Shown: piece by piece, positions 1-14,439 of the stretch
Position numbering within the stretch: the stretch's first letter is position 1
How the letters are laid out: each line of letters opens with the position of its first letter
NCBI RefSeq assembly: GCF_002113885.1
Contig: NW_018480076.1
Coordinates: 525,584-589,583 of the forward strand
Direction of reading: 5' to 3'
Length of the DNA: 64,000 nt
Origin: Mizuhopecten yessoensis
Lineage: Eukaryota
Translations under genes and position numbers: made by a program
Notes under the pieces: model-generated
What the model was told of the DNA's origin: nothing
Seen by the model: the letters and a program-made list of their open reading frames with translations, nothing else
Database searches by the model: none

Positions 1-940
1 AGCGTAAACAAAGTGCTTATTAAAGATGTCTTATAGTTTAGCGTATACAAAGTGCCTATCAAACATGTCTTATAGATAAGCGCATACTTAGTGCTTATCA
101 AATATGTCTGACAGATTAGCGTAAACAAAGTGCTTATTAAAGATGTCTTATAGTTTAGCCTAAACAAAGTGCCTATCAAACATGTCTTACAGATTAGCGT
201 ATACTAAGTGCCTATCAAATATGTTTTACAGATAAGCGTAAACAAAGTGCTTATTAAAGATGTCTTATAGGTTAACGTATACAAAGTGCCTATCAAACAT
301 GTCTTACAAATTAGCGTAAACAAATTGCTTATTAAAGATGTCTTATAGTTTAGCGTAAACAAAGTGCCTTTCAAACATGTCTTACAGATAAGCGTATACT
401 AAGTGTTTATCAAATATGTCTTACAGATAAGCGTATACAAAGTGTCTATCAATAATGTCTTAAAGATTAGCGTAAACAAAGCGCTTATTAAAGATGTCTT
501 ATAGTTTAGCGTATACAAAGTGCCTATCAAACATGTCTTACAGATAAGCGTATACAAAGTGTCTATCAATAATGTCTTAAAGATTAGCGTAAACAAAGTG
601 CTTATTAAAGATGTCTTATAGTTTAGCGTATACAAAGTGCCTATCAAACATGTTTTACAGATAAGCGTATACAAAGTGACTGTCAAACATGTCTTACAGA
701 TAAGCGTATACAAAGTGCCTATCAAACATGTTTTACAGAATAGTGTAAACAAAGTGCCAATCAAACATGTCTTACAGATAAGCGTATACAAAGTGACTGT
801 CAAACATGTCTTTCAGATTAGCGTATACAAAGTGCCTATCAAACATGTCTTACAGATAAGCGTATACAAAGTGACTGTCAAACATGTCTTACAGATAAGC
901 GTATACAAAGTGCCTTTCAAACATGTCTTACAGATTACCA
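1..940. repeat. Minisatellite, ~39-bp unit (AGCGTATACAAAGTGCCTATCAAACATGTCTTACAGATA), truncated by the window start
   Basis: Tandem units are directly visible; the spurious ORFs show a 13-aa periodicity (VPIKHVLQISVYK). Confidence 0.95.
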
Positions 941-1221
941 AATAAAAACTGACAAAGTGTATGTATATTACAGCCTTGTGTATATAAACATTAACTGAAC
1001 ATGTCCTTTGCGCAGGTGCATATAAACTATCTGCTTTACGTGTTGTCTTGTTTGGGGAATATGATTCCCTTGAAAATGTCACACAGACAAGCACATATAA
1101 AATGCCAATTCAAACATGTCTTACAAGTTGGTGCATGTTAAGTGTGTATGTAAACTTATCAGACATGTACAAGCTGGATAAAGTAAACTGATTGGAAACA
1201 TATCTTATACGTTGGTGCAAA

Positions 1222-1645
1222 TAACCTGTCTGTCTTCTAGAAGTGTCTTCTAGGCTTACGCTTATAACCTGTCTGTTCGACATGTCTTCTAGGCCTACGC
1301 TTCTAATCTGTCTGCTAGACGTGTCTTCTAGGCTTACGCTTCTAATCTGTCTGCTAGAAGTGTCTTCTAGGCTTACGCTTATAAACTGTCTGTTAGACGT
1401 GTCTTCTAGGCTTACGCATATAAACTGTCTGCTGGACGTGTCTTCTAGGCTTAGGCTTCTCATCTGTCTGCTAGACCTGTCTTCTAGGCTTACGCTTATA
1501 AACTGTCTGCTAGACGTGTTTTTTAGTTTTACGCTTATAACCTGTCTGCTATACGTGTCTTATAGGCTTACGCTTATAAACTGTCTGCTAGACGTGTCTA
1601 CCAGGATTGCTCATATAAACTTCCTGCTAGACCCGCTTCTAGGCT
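1222..1645. repeat. Minisatellite, 39-bp unit (GTGTCTTCTAGGCTTACGCTTATAAACTGTCTGCTAGAC)
   Basis: About 10 tandem copies; 13-aa periodicity (SSRLTLINCLLDV) in the ORF track. Confidence 0.93.
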
Positions 1646-4600
1646 GGCGTGAATACATCGCCTTCAATAACAGATGGTCGGGATACTGCTGCAGAGAGAA
1701 CTGTTTTGTTCACTGATCAAGCAACAGTATAATTTTGTAACTCACAATTACACGTTTGCAATTATTTCATACACTGTTGCTAATCAAACAGGAGAGGGTT
1801 TGCTTGTTGTAACATACATGTATGTGTTAGATAGCGGTTGTCTTTTGTTTTTCCATAAAAGCAATATACACAATTACTTTAAAGTCTTAGTATTTAGGGA
1901 TTAATTTATTTTGCAAGAAATCTTTATCAAATCCTCAATATTCTTATTATTATATAAGAGCAAGCGAAGAGCCGTTCCTTATAATATAATATGACTTCTC
2001 TATAGGCTTAATACCTGAAATATCATTTTTATCTGAATGAAAACAGTAAGATTTCTATGTCGGGCAACTCAAATATTTGTTTACAAGCAGTAAAGAAATA
2101 CGCAGGGATTGCTTCATAAAGGAACGCAAATAATACTTTAAATGTTCATCGACTTTTAAATTACACCACCTAATACATATATAAAACAATGAAGCAAATT
2201 GGGAAATATTTGACAACTGTAACATTGCTGTGATACAATACAAACAAACTTTGTTTAGATATGATCTATACGGATTTTGATCATCGAGTATTTCAAACAA
2301 AAGTGTTAAATCGATTTTCAATAATGCGTAGCTACTCCGAAAGACACAATGAAGATGCAGGATTATATTTTAAATATTTTAATATTGTCATCTTCTTAAA
2401 AACGGTAGCGGCGCCATAACATGTCATGTTACGTGGAAGCTTGAGTATCAGCTGAGCGATGGAACTATACAGAAATAAGTCTGCTTATTCGGCATATCGA
2501 TTTCCAACAATGCTGACTTCAGTCAAAATTGTACATGTTTTCTCACTAAAATGTTTCAATATTTAATTAGTGTTCCATCGGTATATTAGACGTGCTATGT
2601 TAGCCACCTGTGTCCCAGTTATTAGATAGCTGTATGGAGTATTCATTTACCTTTCACTCGGCAGGGAAAACAAACGAAACACCATCAGACATTGTCCTCA
2701 CATGAAACTCAGTTCTGGCTCAGAACATTGTATATAGTGTCACTGTCGCCATCAATGTGTAGCACACTGGTCTTTTACACGCTACGAGCCTGCAGTGCAG
2801 CTGCATAATACGAGTGTGTTAGTAAGGTATCCACCTGGGTCAGTACAGTAAGGAAATCAATGGGGGGGGGGGGGGGTTACAGCATACACATATATACATA
2901 AATAGAGAGACCTTTTGGTTAAATATACTTTACATGACTTTTATTTGCTAGTCTTATTAAGTAGTCGTGCTTTGGAAATATAAGATTTTGTATTGGGTAA
3001 TTAGAAAGCATTAACAAAGCAAATTTAACACATTAGGTCAAAACACCGTAAATTACTAGTCGTTTCGTATACCATTAATTAAGGTTATTTAAGGATGCAA
3101 CGATTTCGTATTGGACAGGGAACTTGGACTTGAAGTAATGGATCTGGAGTACGGTATTTAAGTTTGGCGAGCCAAAGAATATTGCTGTATGTAGTTGGTT
3201 GGTTGGAGTTTTGTTCATCATGAAAACTGTTATAACAAATGTTTTCAAATGACACTTTGTAACATATGTCGCACCTTGGTATTGTACTTAACTTAGTGTG
3301 GATTACACTGCATATAATATGGGAGTGTTGTTTTAAATCTACCATCTGTTCATCGTTTTAAATCAGTATTGGAATCGATAACAAAAATACCGTTATTAAA
3401 TGTTGTTATCGTTCATATTACTGTATACCTGTAAATTTGTTTAATAGAAAAATGCAACATCCAAATTACTATTATATTCGGGTTATGATTTCCTTTGGTA
3501 GACGCCTATTCTCTATTTGGAATACGTCCATTACATTTATTAGGGAGATACGCTCTTCCTCTTAAAGATTAGCCTTTTTTCATTTTGCATGACATTTTAA
3601 TCAGAAAATTAAAAAAACGTACTTATATGTTAACAGAATTAAAGAAAATTCTCCTGTTTAACTAGTAAAACCCTTGTACATTTTACCAGTTTATCTCGAA
3701 GTCATGTCATTATCATCAATATTTCGACATAATATGGTTTTGTTATTAAGTTCTTTAACAGAACAAAAAATGTATGTCTCTGAAAATGCATAAATTACTA
3801 ACGTAACTATCAATTTGTGAACAGTTTATATTGGCAATATTGTTTCGGTTATTGAAGAACGTTCTCATGATTTTTGGAATCTAACCACAGATAAAGGTTT
3901 GGGTATCAGTTATACAAATGTAGAGGTTTGTTGTTTGAGTAATAATAAGCAGTTGAGAAAAGAATCCTCAGCAATTAGCCAGATATCTATAAATTAACAT
4001 CGATATGAGCGTCAGAGAAACCGCACACAGGCAGCATGGAGGCACGGTAGTCCAGTGGTACTAAGCCACTATATTTGATCTGCCCTTTTTTATATTTGCA
4101 CTTCATTTAAAGTATTTATATTTGAGTTCATGTTAAGGTTTGTGGATTGTTTGCACATTTTATCGTTGTATACAAATAGTTAGCAGGTCAAATGTTGTTT
4201 ATTAGCACCCCTTTGGAAACGTTTATCAGACTAAATGATCAAGTCTTCAGTAGTCTAAACGATATTTCGTTTCGTTTATTCTATTCCTGATGTATTTATA
4301 TACTAAATCAAACAGACAGGTAAGCACTTCAGAACAGCACTTCAAAACAAAGCAAACCCTGCGTGTGGTTTAAAAGCAATGGATGTGTGTGTGTATAGTA
4401 AGGCGATCCAATTTAAAACATAGTATATTGTCTTAAGTTTACGGCTTGATTGAATTTCAATTTCCCTATGAAGAATTTATTTATTTCTTTGCTCAATATA
4501 TACATTTGAGTTGTAGTTTAGAAATTAGAGTGCTTTTAACTTTATCATTTTTTTCAAATCAAGCTTTAAATAAGTCGGACGGGTATAATAATCATTGTGT

Positions 4601-5552
4601 TAACCTTTTGCCTCAATCTGTGCTGAACAGCTGTCGGTACAGTAAGAGATTACGTGTTCGTGTGTCTCGGATGCGGATATTTTGATTTGAGTACAGCCTT
4701 TATTTTTTTCATTTCTCCTAAACAGTCGTTAGTGTTTCAACTCTGTACATGTTAAACGCATGTTTTGGTGAATGTTGTAAAGTCCATAAGGCCATTAAGG
4801 GCAATGGAGCAATATTGGTTCAAATAAACTATTATAATAATGATAATTATCATAAACTTCATCTCTCCTCCAAATAATGTACAAACGTTTGGAAGCCCTT
4901 GAAGAAATGCCTGTCTGCATATTTTTAGAATTGCTGCAAAGTTTTTGAAGGATTTCAAAACAATCTGTTATCACTTGAGATATTTTAAACATGCATTATC
5001 TATATTGCAGTTATTAAATGGATTAAATGGAGAGTTTGTATGTAAGTTGTAATCATACATTGTTGAAGATTTGTTTGATATCACTCGTAAACGAATTATA
5101 AGCCCTTGATATTCCAGATATTTTATAACAGATTTTCGAGAAGTGTTTGTATGAATAATTAACATTTAATGTTCGCGATGTGTTCTAACTATGATTTGTA
5201 TTTAATGTTCGGGGATGTTAACGTAGCTCGTATACATTCATTGTAAGAAGCTGCTATACAACTTCCAAATATGTAAGTTTTCATGTCAAAGGCCTTTTAC
5301 AGAGATTGTAAACCTTCATTTTAAGGCCATACAAAATAATGTGATTAAAAACAATATAACTTTAAACAATTCATTATGAAAGAGTTAAAGTTTTAGTTAC
5401 TATGGACAATGGTAGATATTGGGTTAAAATGATGATCATGCCGGGTATCTGGCTAGTTTGTTGCGCATGCGATGCGCGGATTTAAGTTTGATTGCATATC
5501 AATTCGGGTATTGGGTTGGGATTTGATTCTCTATGCTGGATGTTTGGATTGT

Positions 5553-5690
5553 TTAGTTTATTGGCCATGGCAGGTATTTAGTTTATTGGCCATGCCGTGT
5601 GTTTAGATTGCTTTGTTTGTTGGCCATGCCGTGTGTTTAGTTTATTGGCCATGCCGTGTGTTTAGATTGCTTTGTTTGTTGGCCAAGACA
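5553..5690. repeat. Short tandem repeat built on GTTTATTGGCCATGCCGTGTGTTTAG
   Basis: About five recurrences of TTGGCCA(T/A)G with alternating short and long spacing. Confidence 0.75.
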
Positions 5691-8600
5691 GGTATAAGGT
5701 TAAAATGAGGAACCACTTTCTCTTGATCTGTGTCACTTGACCTTATTCTAAACCCATTGTTACTGCCTCAATACTTGAATTGTACACGTGCTAAACAGTG
5801 TTAAGTCTATTTCGTTACTTCGGCACTTCAGTTGAAGTATACATGAACATGACACGGCCAGTCTTGCGTGATAGAAGTAGTTCACGTGCGGATCCTTTCA
5901 TAAAGTAGATTTTCATTATAAACGGCATTAAGAAGAAACAGGTGCGCCATTACTCTTCGAAACTGCGGCTATCTATCAGTCCTTTCTATAAACAGTCCAT
6001 TTTTATCGTATATTCCCTTTCAAGAAATGCCTTAAGTTTACACTGTATAATATTAACAGTATGCCTGTTCAACCCAAAAAACTTCACATTGGCCCTGCCA
6101 GTGTCGGACACAGATATGTATGTGTATATTAATTCCTAGTATCCATAACCAGCTAGGACATATAGAGGACGGTGACTACTGATTTATTCCTGTAGACGTA
6201 CTATCAACAAATCTCTACACTTGGATCGTATGTTTGAAATACCATACTGCATCGTTACTTATCACCAGTTGATTTTGCACAGTGCGTCAGCTTTATGGTA
6301 GTGCTATCGACAGTGGCTGTTCTTGAATATAAATAAATAATATCTCCAACAAACACAAGCCCCCTGCCCGCCACCAATCCCTAATGTCGTTATGGTTCAG
6401 GAATATAGAGTTTTGGCCATCGAATGTTTGATTTGCCTCATTTAGCAGTAGCGATGATTGTCGGCTTACATTTTTTTGTATATTTCAGTAAAGCTATTCT
6501 TTACACATATGTAATATCTTAAACATGTATTTAGCACACTCCTCACGCCTTGAAATTCATGTTATGTATCCATATACCATGTTACATCGTTACGATGCCA
6601 CCCACAAGTGAATTCGTACATCTCGTCAACTCAAAGGGTGGTAATAATGAATAAAAGCGTTTAACCAACGTTGCAACATGTGTATGGGCCATTGTGAACA
6701 CATGCATGTGTTCAAACATCACAGGTCTGTGTAGCCGCAGGTTCGTACCTGTAGACCTCTGACGAGGTGGAGATAATTTTACACTTCTGTAGATACCCTG
6801 ACAAGGTGGAAACGCTCCACAGTTCAGTTCCAAAACGATCCTCCTCATTAGAAATAGATGCTAATTCTCCGTCATTCTGACTAATTTGGGATCACACAAG
6901 AGGGCAGAGTGAGGAAAACACATCAATCCCAGCATGTCAAACATTTCTCAGTTTTGGTGTTACCAAGTGCATCAACACATTGACGAGATGTATTCGTATG
7001 TTAGTTAGATATGTGTGTGTATGGAACCCTGGAGATCGGATACAGCTTCCGGTCGTCACTATCACAACTTGTGTGTGAGGGAAACACTTCGTTCATTGGC
7101 CGTACTTAATGAACCGGTACTTCCGCTTTTTATTGTGGAATCTTTAGTATAAAATACTCATATATTGTCGTTGTACTAATGGATTGATTAGCTTAATGTT
7201 CTTGCTTACAGTCAACAGTACGTAGTTGTTTATACTACAACATGCATCATTAAGTCTCATAAGACTCGTCCGCTATCTCGCTTGTTTGGTTTACACCGAA
7301 TTGCATGTCATAATAACGGTTTGAATGTCCTACGTCTCTAGAAACTTTAACTTATATCTGAATCTGCATTTCAAACTGGGGAGTTATGCTGATGGACATC
7401 TTAAACAAAAACTAAGGGCTGAAAGACATTCTTTTTGACAACGACATGACTCGTTAGTTGCGCTTTGGGTTGTCAATATCAATGTCAATGTTTTCCATAA
7501 GTTGTTTCCATAGCTGTAACATAAAATCAAACTATGCAATTCGTGTGTTATTACCGATAGTGCGTTTGAATAGTTTGTTTGTCCTTTTTATAAACTTGAC
7601 GTCAGGTTTTGTCGTGGTAACAATTTCAAATGTTTCCTGAACGTGTTTTGTTTTCCACTATATTTGAATCATCATGTGAATGTCGAAGCTGAATAAATAG
7701 CAGTCATGCATTTTAGAGTCTGCCTTATTGGGAATCGAACGTACACAGAATCGTTAGACAAAACCACGTCAGGTCAAATCATGACAAGCCTTATACATCT
7801 TATTTTCAATACTCGGAATAATGTTAATAGAAATGGCTCATTCACAGAACCTCAAAATAGCATCATGTTTGAACTGGCATCGACATGGAATTGTGATGTA
7901 CCTATTACCACAAATCGGCAAGCCATAATTTAATATCGGCGCTATTAAACTGTCCAGCTTTTGACTCCGAAAGTCTCGCAAGCTTGTGGTTTCGAGCTTA
8001 ATTTGTGAAAGGTTAACTTTCTGTCACAATCAGACTGGATATTTGTTATATACTTTTCCCCTCTTTTTACTATACATGTACTGGACTTTGATTAGATCGA
8101 CCTGTTGATCGATGCACGAGCATGAGCGTGGGTAGATTCGTTTGTGTTATAAATATCCCAAGCTCAGAGAGATCTCATGAATGCCTAGCAGAAAAGATGC
8201 TATCTGATAGTGTTAAATGTGGAAACATGTGGCGATGTCGTGATTTAATCAAGTGAAAGCGATACAGGCCCACGTCAGAGGGCGCCCACTTTAGAACGAG
8301 AGTAATCAGGTCTGTAGACATTATCAAACTTCAATCATGATAGTCGTTGTTGTTCACTGGTAACAGGTACATAATTGATGAACCGGTACCAAAACAAACA
8401 TCTTCATGATCAAATTCAAATCGCACATTGAACTGATAAGTTAGTTACCAAATTTCGGAAGACCATATACATTGTATAGTGTCATATATACCGGAAGTAA
8501 TAGGAAATCCTCACAATAACCGCAGTAGATACCAGTACAGTAAAACTTCGTTATATTGCCATCCTTTATACAGAGCGATGCTGGCATTAAAAAGAATATG

Positions 8601-9629
8601 AATGGCGATAAATTGAGGGTAACATACAAAGCAATTCTTCAGAAAATTCAAACAAAAAATTAACTTGGAAGCATGTTGGAAGTTAGCAAGGTGGCAAATG
8701 AATCGAGATTCATTATATCGAGATTTTTAAGAAATACTAGGAAATAATCACATTTAACCGTTCGTAGTCACTGTAAAGTTCAACCTTTCTGCATTATAGT
8801 TCAGGTTATTTGAAATATAGTACTGTCCTATTTGAACACACGTGTGCCTGGTACCATGGCATTTATATGATATAATTGTTTTACGTGACAAGGTGATTGA
8901 CTCAGATGGGAAGATTGTCTCTCCCCATGGTTGACCGTTACACCTTGTAGCTGAAATTTGTACTGGAAGGATGTAACATGAAATTTTAGTTTAAGTATAA
9001 ATTATTTGTTTTAGCCAAAAGTTTTTAACGTTATAAATGGTTTAAAAGGCACCTTCTCCTTTCAACTGAATTATACACATGTTCAATATAACACACTACA
9101 TACAAAACATAAATCTTTCTAAATTTGAAATAAGATCAGGTAATAGCAAACTCTTTAATTTTCATATATTTTAACAATATTTGCAAAACAATTACATTAT
9201 TGTGAAAGAAGTTTGTTTGCTGTGAAAGCTTGTTTAGACTAAACTACTTTCTAGTACACAAATTAGTGGGCCAATGATAAATTTTATAATTACAGAAATT
9301 AGGCTAATTCTACATGTATAAGAGCGTAGAATTCAAGGTGCTCAGTATTTGACTGTCACAAATGTCTGTCAACCCAGTAGATACATAGCTCTTTTAGCGC
9401 TGGTGTTCCGCATGGCTCGATTTGTAACTCATACCGTCTTATCTACGAGCTTCATGGAACACCGACATCTTATCGTCTCGTCAACACATCATAAAACATA
9501 CATGACATAGACAGAGGAATTGTATTGATCATCCATTCACAATAGCACAGAAAGGCCATAGTTAGTGGTGTGCATCTAACGGGACGTTGATTCCTGGTAG
9601 GGCTGTCAATACGTTTTCACTGGTTTAAA

Positions 9630-10300
9630 TATCAGTGATTCATATATTGAATAATTCAGTGTTGGTATGTCACACTAGGGAGTGCCTAAACAAGTGTTAC
9701 TTATGATATATTTCGAAGCGTATGTTCTGTTAGAGATTACCTTCAATCAGGGCTTCGAATATTTTCCAGAGTGCATTTAAAACTACGTATATTCGTATGT
9801 AAGAAAGTATCTAGGGCCCAGTGTTTCGTATATGTCATCTCAGTGAGTGCCTAGAAGGCAGTACATGTATTTCGTATGTTATGTTAGAGTTCATAGAAGT
9901 CAGATCTACGAATATTATTTTAGAGATTGTTCTAAAATCAGTCTGCTGGAGTGCTTAGAAATCAGTGCTTCGTATGTTAGTCTAGAGAATGCGTACAAGT
10001 CAGTGTTTGTATGTACAATGTAATGGTGGTGTGCCAAGAAGTTAGTGCTTCGTATATCATATCTGTACGTTACATTTGAGAGTGCCTAACACTAGGTTTC
10101 CTATTTTATTTTTGAAATTGTTTATAAACTAGTTTCGAACTTTAAGTGCATGGAATTCAGTTCTTTATATGTTATGTTTAAATGCTTCAAATTTATTGCT
10201 TTTTATGGTATACAAGCCTATGTTTAGAAAGGAGAGTTTTCCTCATGTTTTCTAAGAGCGACCCAATAAGCAAGTGTTTTATAACGATATCTATAAATCT
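9630..10300. repeat. Old, degenerate ~39-40-bp tandem repeat (CAGTGCTTCGTATGTT...GAGTGCCTAGAA)
   Basis: Recurring TTCGTAT and GAGTGC motifs at roughly 40-bp spacing; boundaries approximate. Confidence 0.6.
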
Positions 10301-11314
10301 GTGTACAAAGGTAACGAATTCCTATTGATTTGGTAAGTTTCAATAGAATATGCATCAAAGATTAATGTTGAACCCATTGTTGTTGTGGAGCATTGTAACA
10401 AGGTAATGAAGGTTCGCCACACTCTCCAGGCATCAACAGGGATTTCTCCTGTAATCGATTAAAAAATAAAATTCTTTAAAAACGTTACGAGACTTTCTCT
10501 GCCATCATTAACTGATCCACACCATGTGATCGTATTGATACAGCTCTCCATAATTCTAATAGTTTTCCACTGGCCGAGTGCTTGTTTGTGATGTTAGATG
10601 TTAGGCGGGACAACTTCTACATCAGGGAGACGGATTGTAGTTCCAGCAGCTGGATCTTTCACACTCAGTGAAGATGAGGTATGAATCGACTGGCATCCGT
10701 GTTATCAATTTATTTTCACTTTACGTTACATTATTGTGTTGATACTCTATCTAACGGCAAACAGACGACGATGACGGACCGTATATCACATGAATATGGA
10801 ATTATCTTGTTTACTTCCTAAAAATCGTGTAGTGTTGAAATGTATATTTTCGACTCGCTTTTTTGCCATCATCGTTGGACATGTAATGATTATACACAGC
10901 ATATACAATAGATTGTATATAAGCTATCATTCCTCAAGTTTTATTTTTTCCTCTATTCGAAATGGATGTGTTTTTGAAATATATGAACGCGATATAACAT
11001 CATGCGCAATAAAACAGATTTTTATAGAGGGACCAGCTGTAACATTTCACGCTGAATCTTAACATAAGGGATACCTTTACCATGATGTCAGAACAAAACT
11101 GTTCGTACGAATGGTGTTATCTCATAAACTCAGCAATCAAGAAATCGGTCAATGTTGTCATTATGTGTTTACTCTTTTCAATCAAAATTGCACTATATTT
11201 ACATTAATCAAATTATTGCATGTTCTTTCTTAGTTATGAATGACGTATAAAATATAGAATCAGTGTAATATTATGAGAGACTGCAGTATGTTTCCCGCTT
11301 AAAGGGTTTGCAAC

Positions 11315-11640
11315 TGTCACCTTCGACCTTTGGACCAAATGTGTAACCACCTCCAATGCTTTTCATTGGCTACCTTTCTTTTATCGTTCACCATTGAATT
11401 ACCGTCCTAAAACATTAAAGTTGGTGTCATTTGACCTCTGCATCCGGCTTGAATCTCCTTCAACCATTTGTATTGGTCGTCTTTGACCTCTGAACTCAGT
11501 GTGTAACAAAGGTCAAAGCTTTTGTATTGTTCACCTTTGAATAACCATCTTCAAGACTTTTAATTAATGTCGTCATTGACCTCTACATCCAGTGTTTAAC
11601 TTCCTTCAACGCTTTTCTTTTGTCACTTTTGACCTCTAGA
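11315..11640. repeat. Degenerate ~50-bp tandem repeat (TTGACCTCT...GTGTAAC...TTCAA)
   Basis: TTGACCTCT recurs near 11431, 11483, 11576 and 11629. Confidence 0.55.
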
Positions 11641-13515
11641 TACGGTAAAATAATCATACATGTAAGGCTTCTTTATCTTAAACATGCATGTTCGTTAAGT
11701 CAGTTTTTCAAAATCATGTGTTTCGAAATAAAGTATGTGTAGGAATACTAGAATATAATCCGAGGTGAACATTTTGTATCGCCCATAAAAGGTTTGTTTC
11801 TTAATGTTAATGACCATGAATGTACATTTCATCCATGTAGCTTACAGCGTAAAACTGGGTTCTGATTCATTTCATTGGGCAGACTATGAACACGAGTGAC
11901 TACGCCCAAAAACAAGTTGTTATTGATGTCTGTTAAAAAATAAATTCGGTTGAATAAAGTATGTTGTGATAGAAAGTTTTCTTTCCCATATTAGTCAAAC
12001 TAATGAAATAGTATTATTGCGCGCTGAAAAAGCGATGGCGGTTCTCAGATATAATGAAAATAGATTCCTCGACTATTTATGGGGTTGTTGTTTTTTATCA
12101 ATATCGGTAGTTATTTTCCAAACGTTACACGATTCACAAGCTTTGATAAAATCCATAACCAATCCCTAACTCTTTGAGGAGCCTCTATTTATCTATATCA
12201 TGAATCGCTATCACGATTATACCATGTCCATTTTATCCACATTATGTGGGTGTCATATTTCACTTGACGCTTTGGTGTTGTCATTTAACACGGCATTTAT
12301 ATAGTCTGAAAATTAAGTCTGTCATTTTAAGCGTCTGGCATACATATGATTGTAATTTGTGCTTCTTGTCAGAGGGAAGCTTGGATTTACTAAACTCTGA
12401 GCTAGAGCATGTGGGTAAATCCGGATAGGTATTACAACATTAGAAGACTAGATACTGATATAAATATATGTGTGTGTCTATTAAGTGTTTTGTTTGCTGT
12501 AAATATTTTAACATCACATGTAACAGATTGTTTTGAAAGGCTTGTTTATGAATTAAAAAGGTGAACAAATCGGCATATTCCATATTTCCTAAGTGCACAT
12601 GTACATCATATCGATCCACTTTGTAAGATGTATTTACATTTTTTTCACGTTCTAGTTGGTTGCAAATTGTCTATATGCACCAATTAGTGAGTAGGTATAT
12701 CAAGGAGACGTTGTAGGTACCACGTATATTATCATGCCCTTGCATTCCAAAGTGTGTTTCGTTGTCTGTCAACTTTAAAGACGCGTGTCCGCCGATCGTA
12801 CAGTGAGTTCCTATCGGTAATTTTCACCTCCACGGATATGAAATTCCCGGCTTTAAGTTATTTCTGTGACCGTTTATGGATAGGAATCAATCACTAACAT
12901 GTGTCTATGACCACGTGGTATGATAAAAATAAGCAAGCAGAGCCGTTGCAGTAAACAGAGCAATTAAATGGCTTTGACCCACGACCACAACGCAATTTGT
13001 TGCGGCATTGTTGATTAGTTACTGATCGATTTTGCATTTTTTTGCAAACATTTAACTGCAAAATATCGAAGATTAGACACACGAACTGCGTGTAGTATAC
13101 ATAAAACACATACAAATGCATTTAATGTTTTCAGACTTTTAAACCGAAAATTAAGTCTTGCTAGTCGTGTACTCGGTAACCGATCACTTGACAATCCATT
13201 GATAATCTTGGTGGCGTGCGTTGTTACCAGAAATCCCTGCATCTGAAACACGTCATATTAAGTCACCATTTCTTATGATTATATAACTAAATCAGCTCTT
13301 AAAAAGGTAATTGATTACAATATGTATTAATTGCATATCGCCGTTCTGATCAAGTTATTAAGGTGTTTCGGTGGCGGCATACATTTAGTTCGAATCTGAT
13401 AAACAAGATTTTGCAAAATATGACGTAATATTAATGAACTTGTAAGTCACTCTTTTCCAAGCTTTCGGGCTTATAAGCAATCAAGCCAAGCCCGGTCTTC
13501 AAAATTATATCTGCG

Positions 13516-14225
13516 CCAAACATTCAAAACAAAATTTATTTTCAATAGGCGGTCTTTGTAAGAGATTGAACCATGAAGTGCGCTCGCAATCTAATGCTTG
13601 ACGTAATATATAACTCAATTAAGTTCGCGGTAAACCATCTTAAGTGAAGTTAGTAAGAGGTAGATCATATATGTTGATATAGTGGATTTTAGGTCAAGAA
13701 GACCGGGCTTGGCTTGTACAAAAACTATTTTTAGAACTTTAAAGTAGTTCCTACATAACCTATGGATAGAGTTTGTCAAAATCCGCAACCATATAACGTT
13801 AGTTAGATTGACTTCCGGGTATAAACGATTATTTGCGGATGCATTAACGTTAAGCAATGATAGTTTGTTATAGTAATGTGTGACAAGAAACCATTCCATA
13901 TCACAAATGCCTCCCACTTAAGAGGGTCTAACTACATGGAATTCCCAGTTTTTGTACCATGATGCATTTTTCGGTTTTATAGAATGACTCACTATTTCGT
14001 CTTTACGCTTGTTCCTTATCACCCCATGTGCGCGGTGTAAACTTTCTGGTGAGTATAAAATACTCGCTAATACCCTCAAATCAATTTATGTAAAACTTAT
14101 GAGAACCTTGATCTTAGACATTTGAAATATCAATCTGAGCCAAACATTCTAAACCAAATTTATTTTCAAAAGGCGGTCTATGAAAGAGATTGAACCATGA
14201 AGTGCGCTCGCAATATAATGCTTGA
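13516..14225. repeat. ~85-bp direct repeat (13516-13600 and 14140-14225), probably a transposon remnant
   Basis: CCAAACATTC...GAGATTGAACCATGAAGTGCGCTCGCAAT..AATGCTTGA occurs twice; a perfect 19-bp inverted repeat lies nearby (13482-13500 / 13698-13716). Confidence 0.75.
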
Positions 14226-14321
14226 TTTTGATTGGCTAGTTGAGCATTGAAGTGCTGTGGTATCCAACGTCACAGTTATGTCGTCACAACAATGATGACA
14301 TCATAACTTTGTAATGACATG

Positions 14322-14439
14322 TATTCCGTCTTTGTGTATTGCAGAGTTATCTTCTCTTGTGAGCAGGTATTGATTGTTACGTTATTGGTTTGTGTGAGAA
14401 AATTAACGACATTGATGAAAATGACGAAAGACGGAATAG
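14322..14439. mobile_element. Internally deleted copy of the TATTCCGTCTTTG-terminated MITE (fuller copy at 42376-42567)
   Basis: Left end matches the 42376 copy over ~80 bp; right end AAAGACGGAATAG is retained. Confidence 0.8.

Noticed and set aside
399-1716. ORFs with 13-aa repeats (LRR-like or Cys-repeat appearance)
   Set aside because: Direct consequence of the 39-bp tandem units; open on both strands.
4037-4070. tRNA A-box-like sequence GGAGGCACGGTAGTCCAGTGGTA
   Set aside because: No B-box or cloverleaf follows; not a tRNA gene, at most a SINE-head scrap.
6582-7130. 88-aa minus ORF with a nearby short inverted repeat (TACATCTCGTCAA / TTGACGAGATGTA)
   Set aside because: No family motif and no definable element ends or TSD.
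10340-10700. GC-richer stretch that looks coding on the minus strand
   Set aside because: Frames are short and stop-interrupted and no motif was recognised; at most an unidentifiable remnant.
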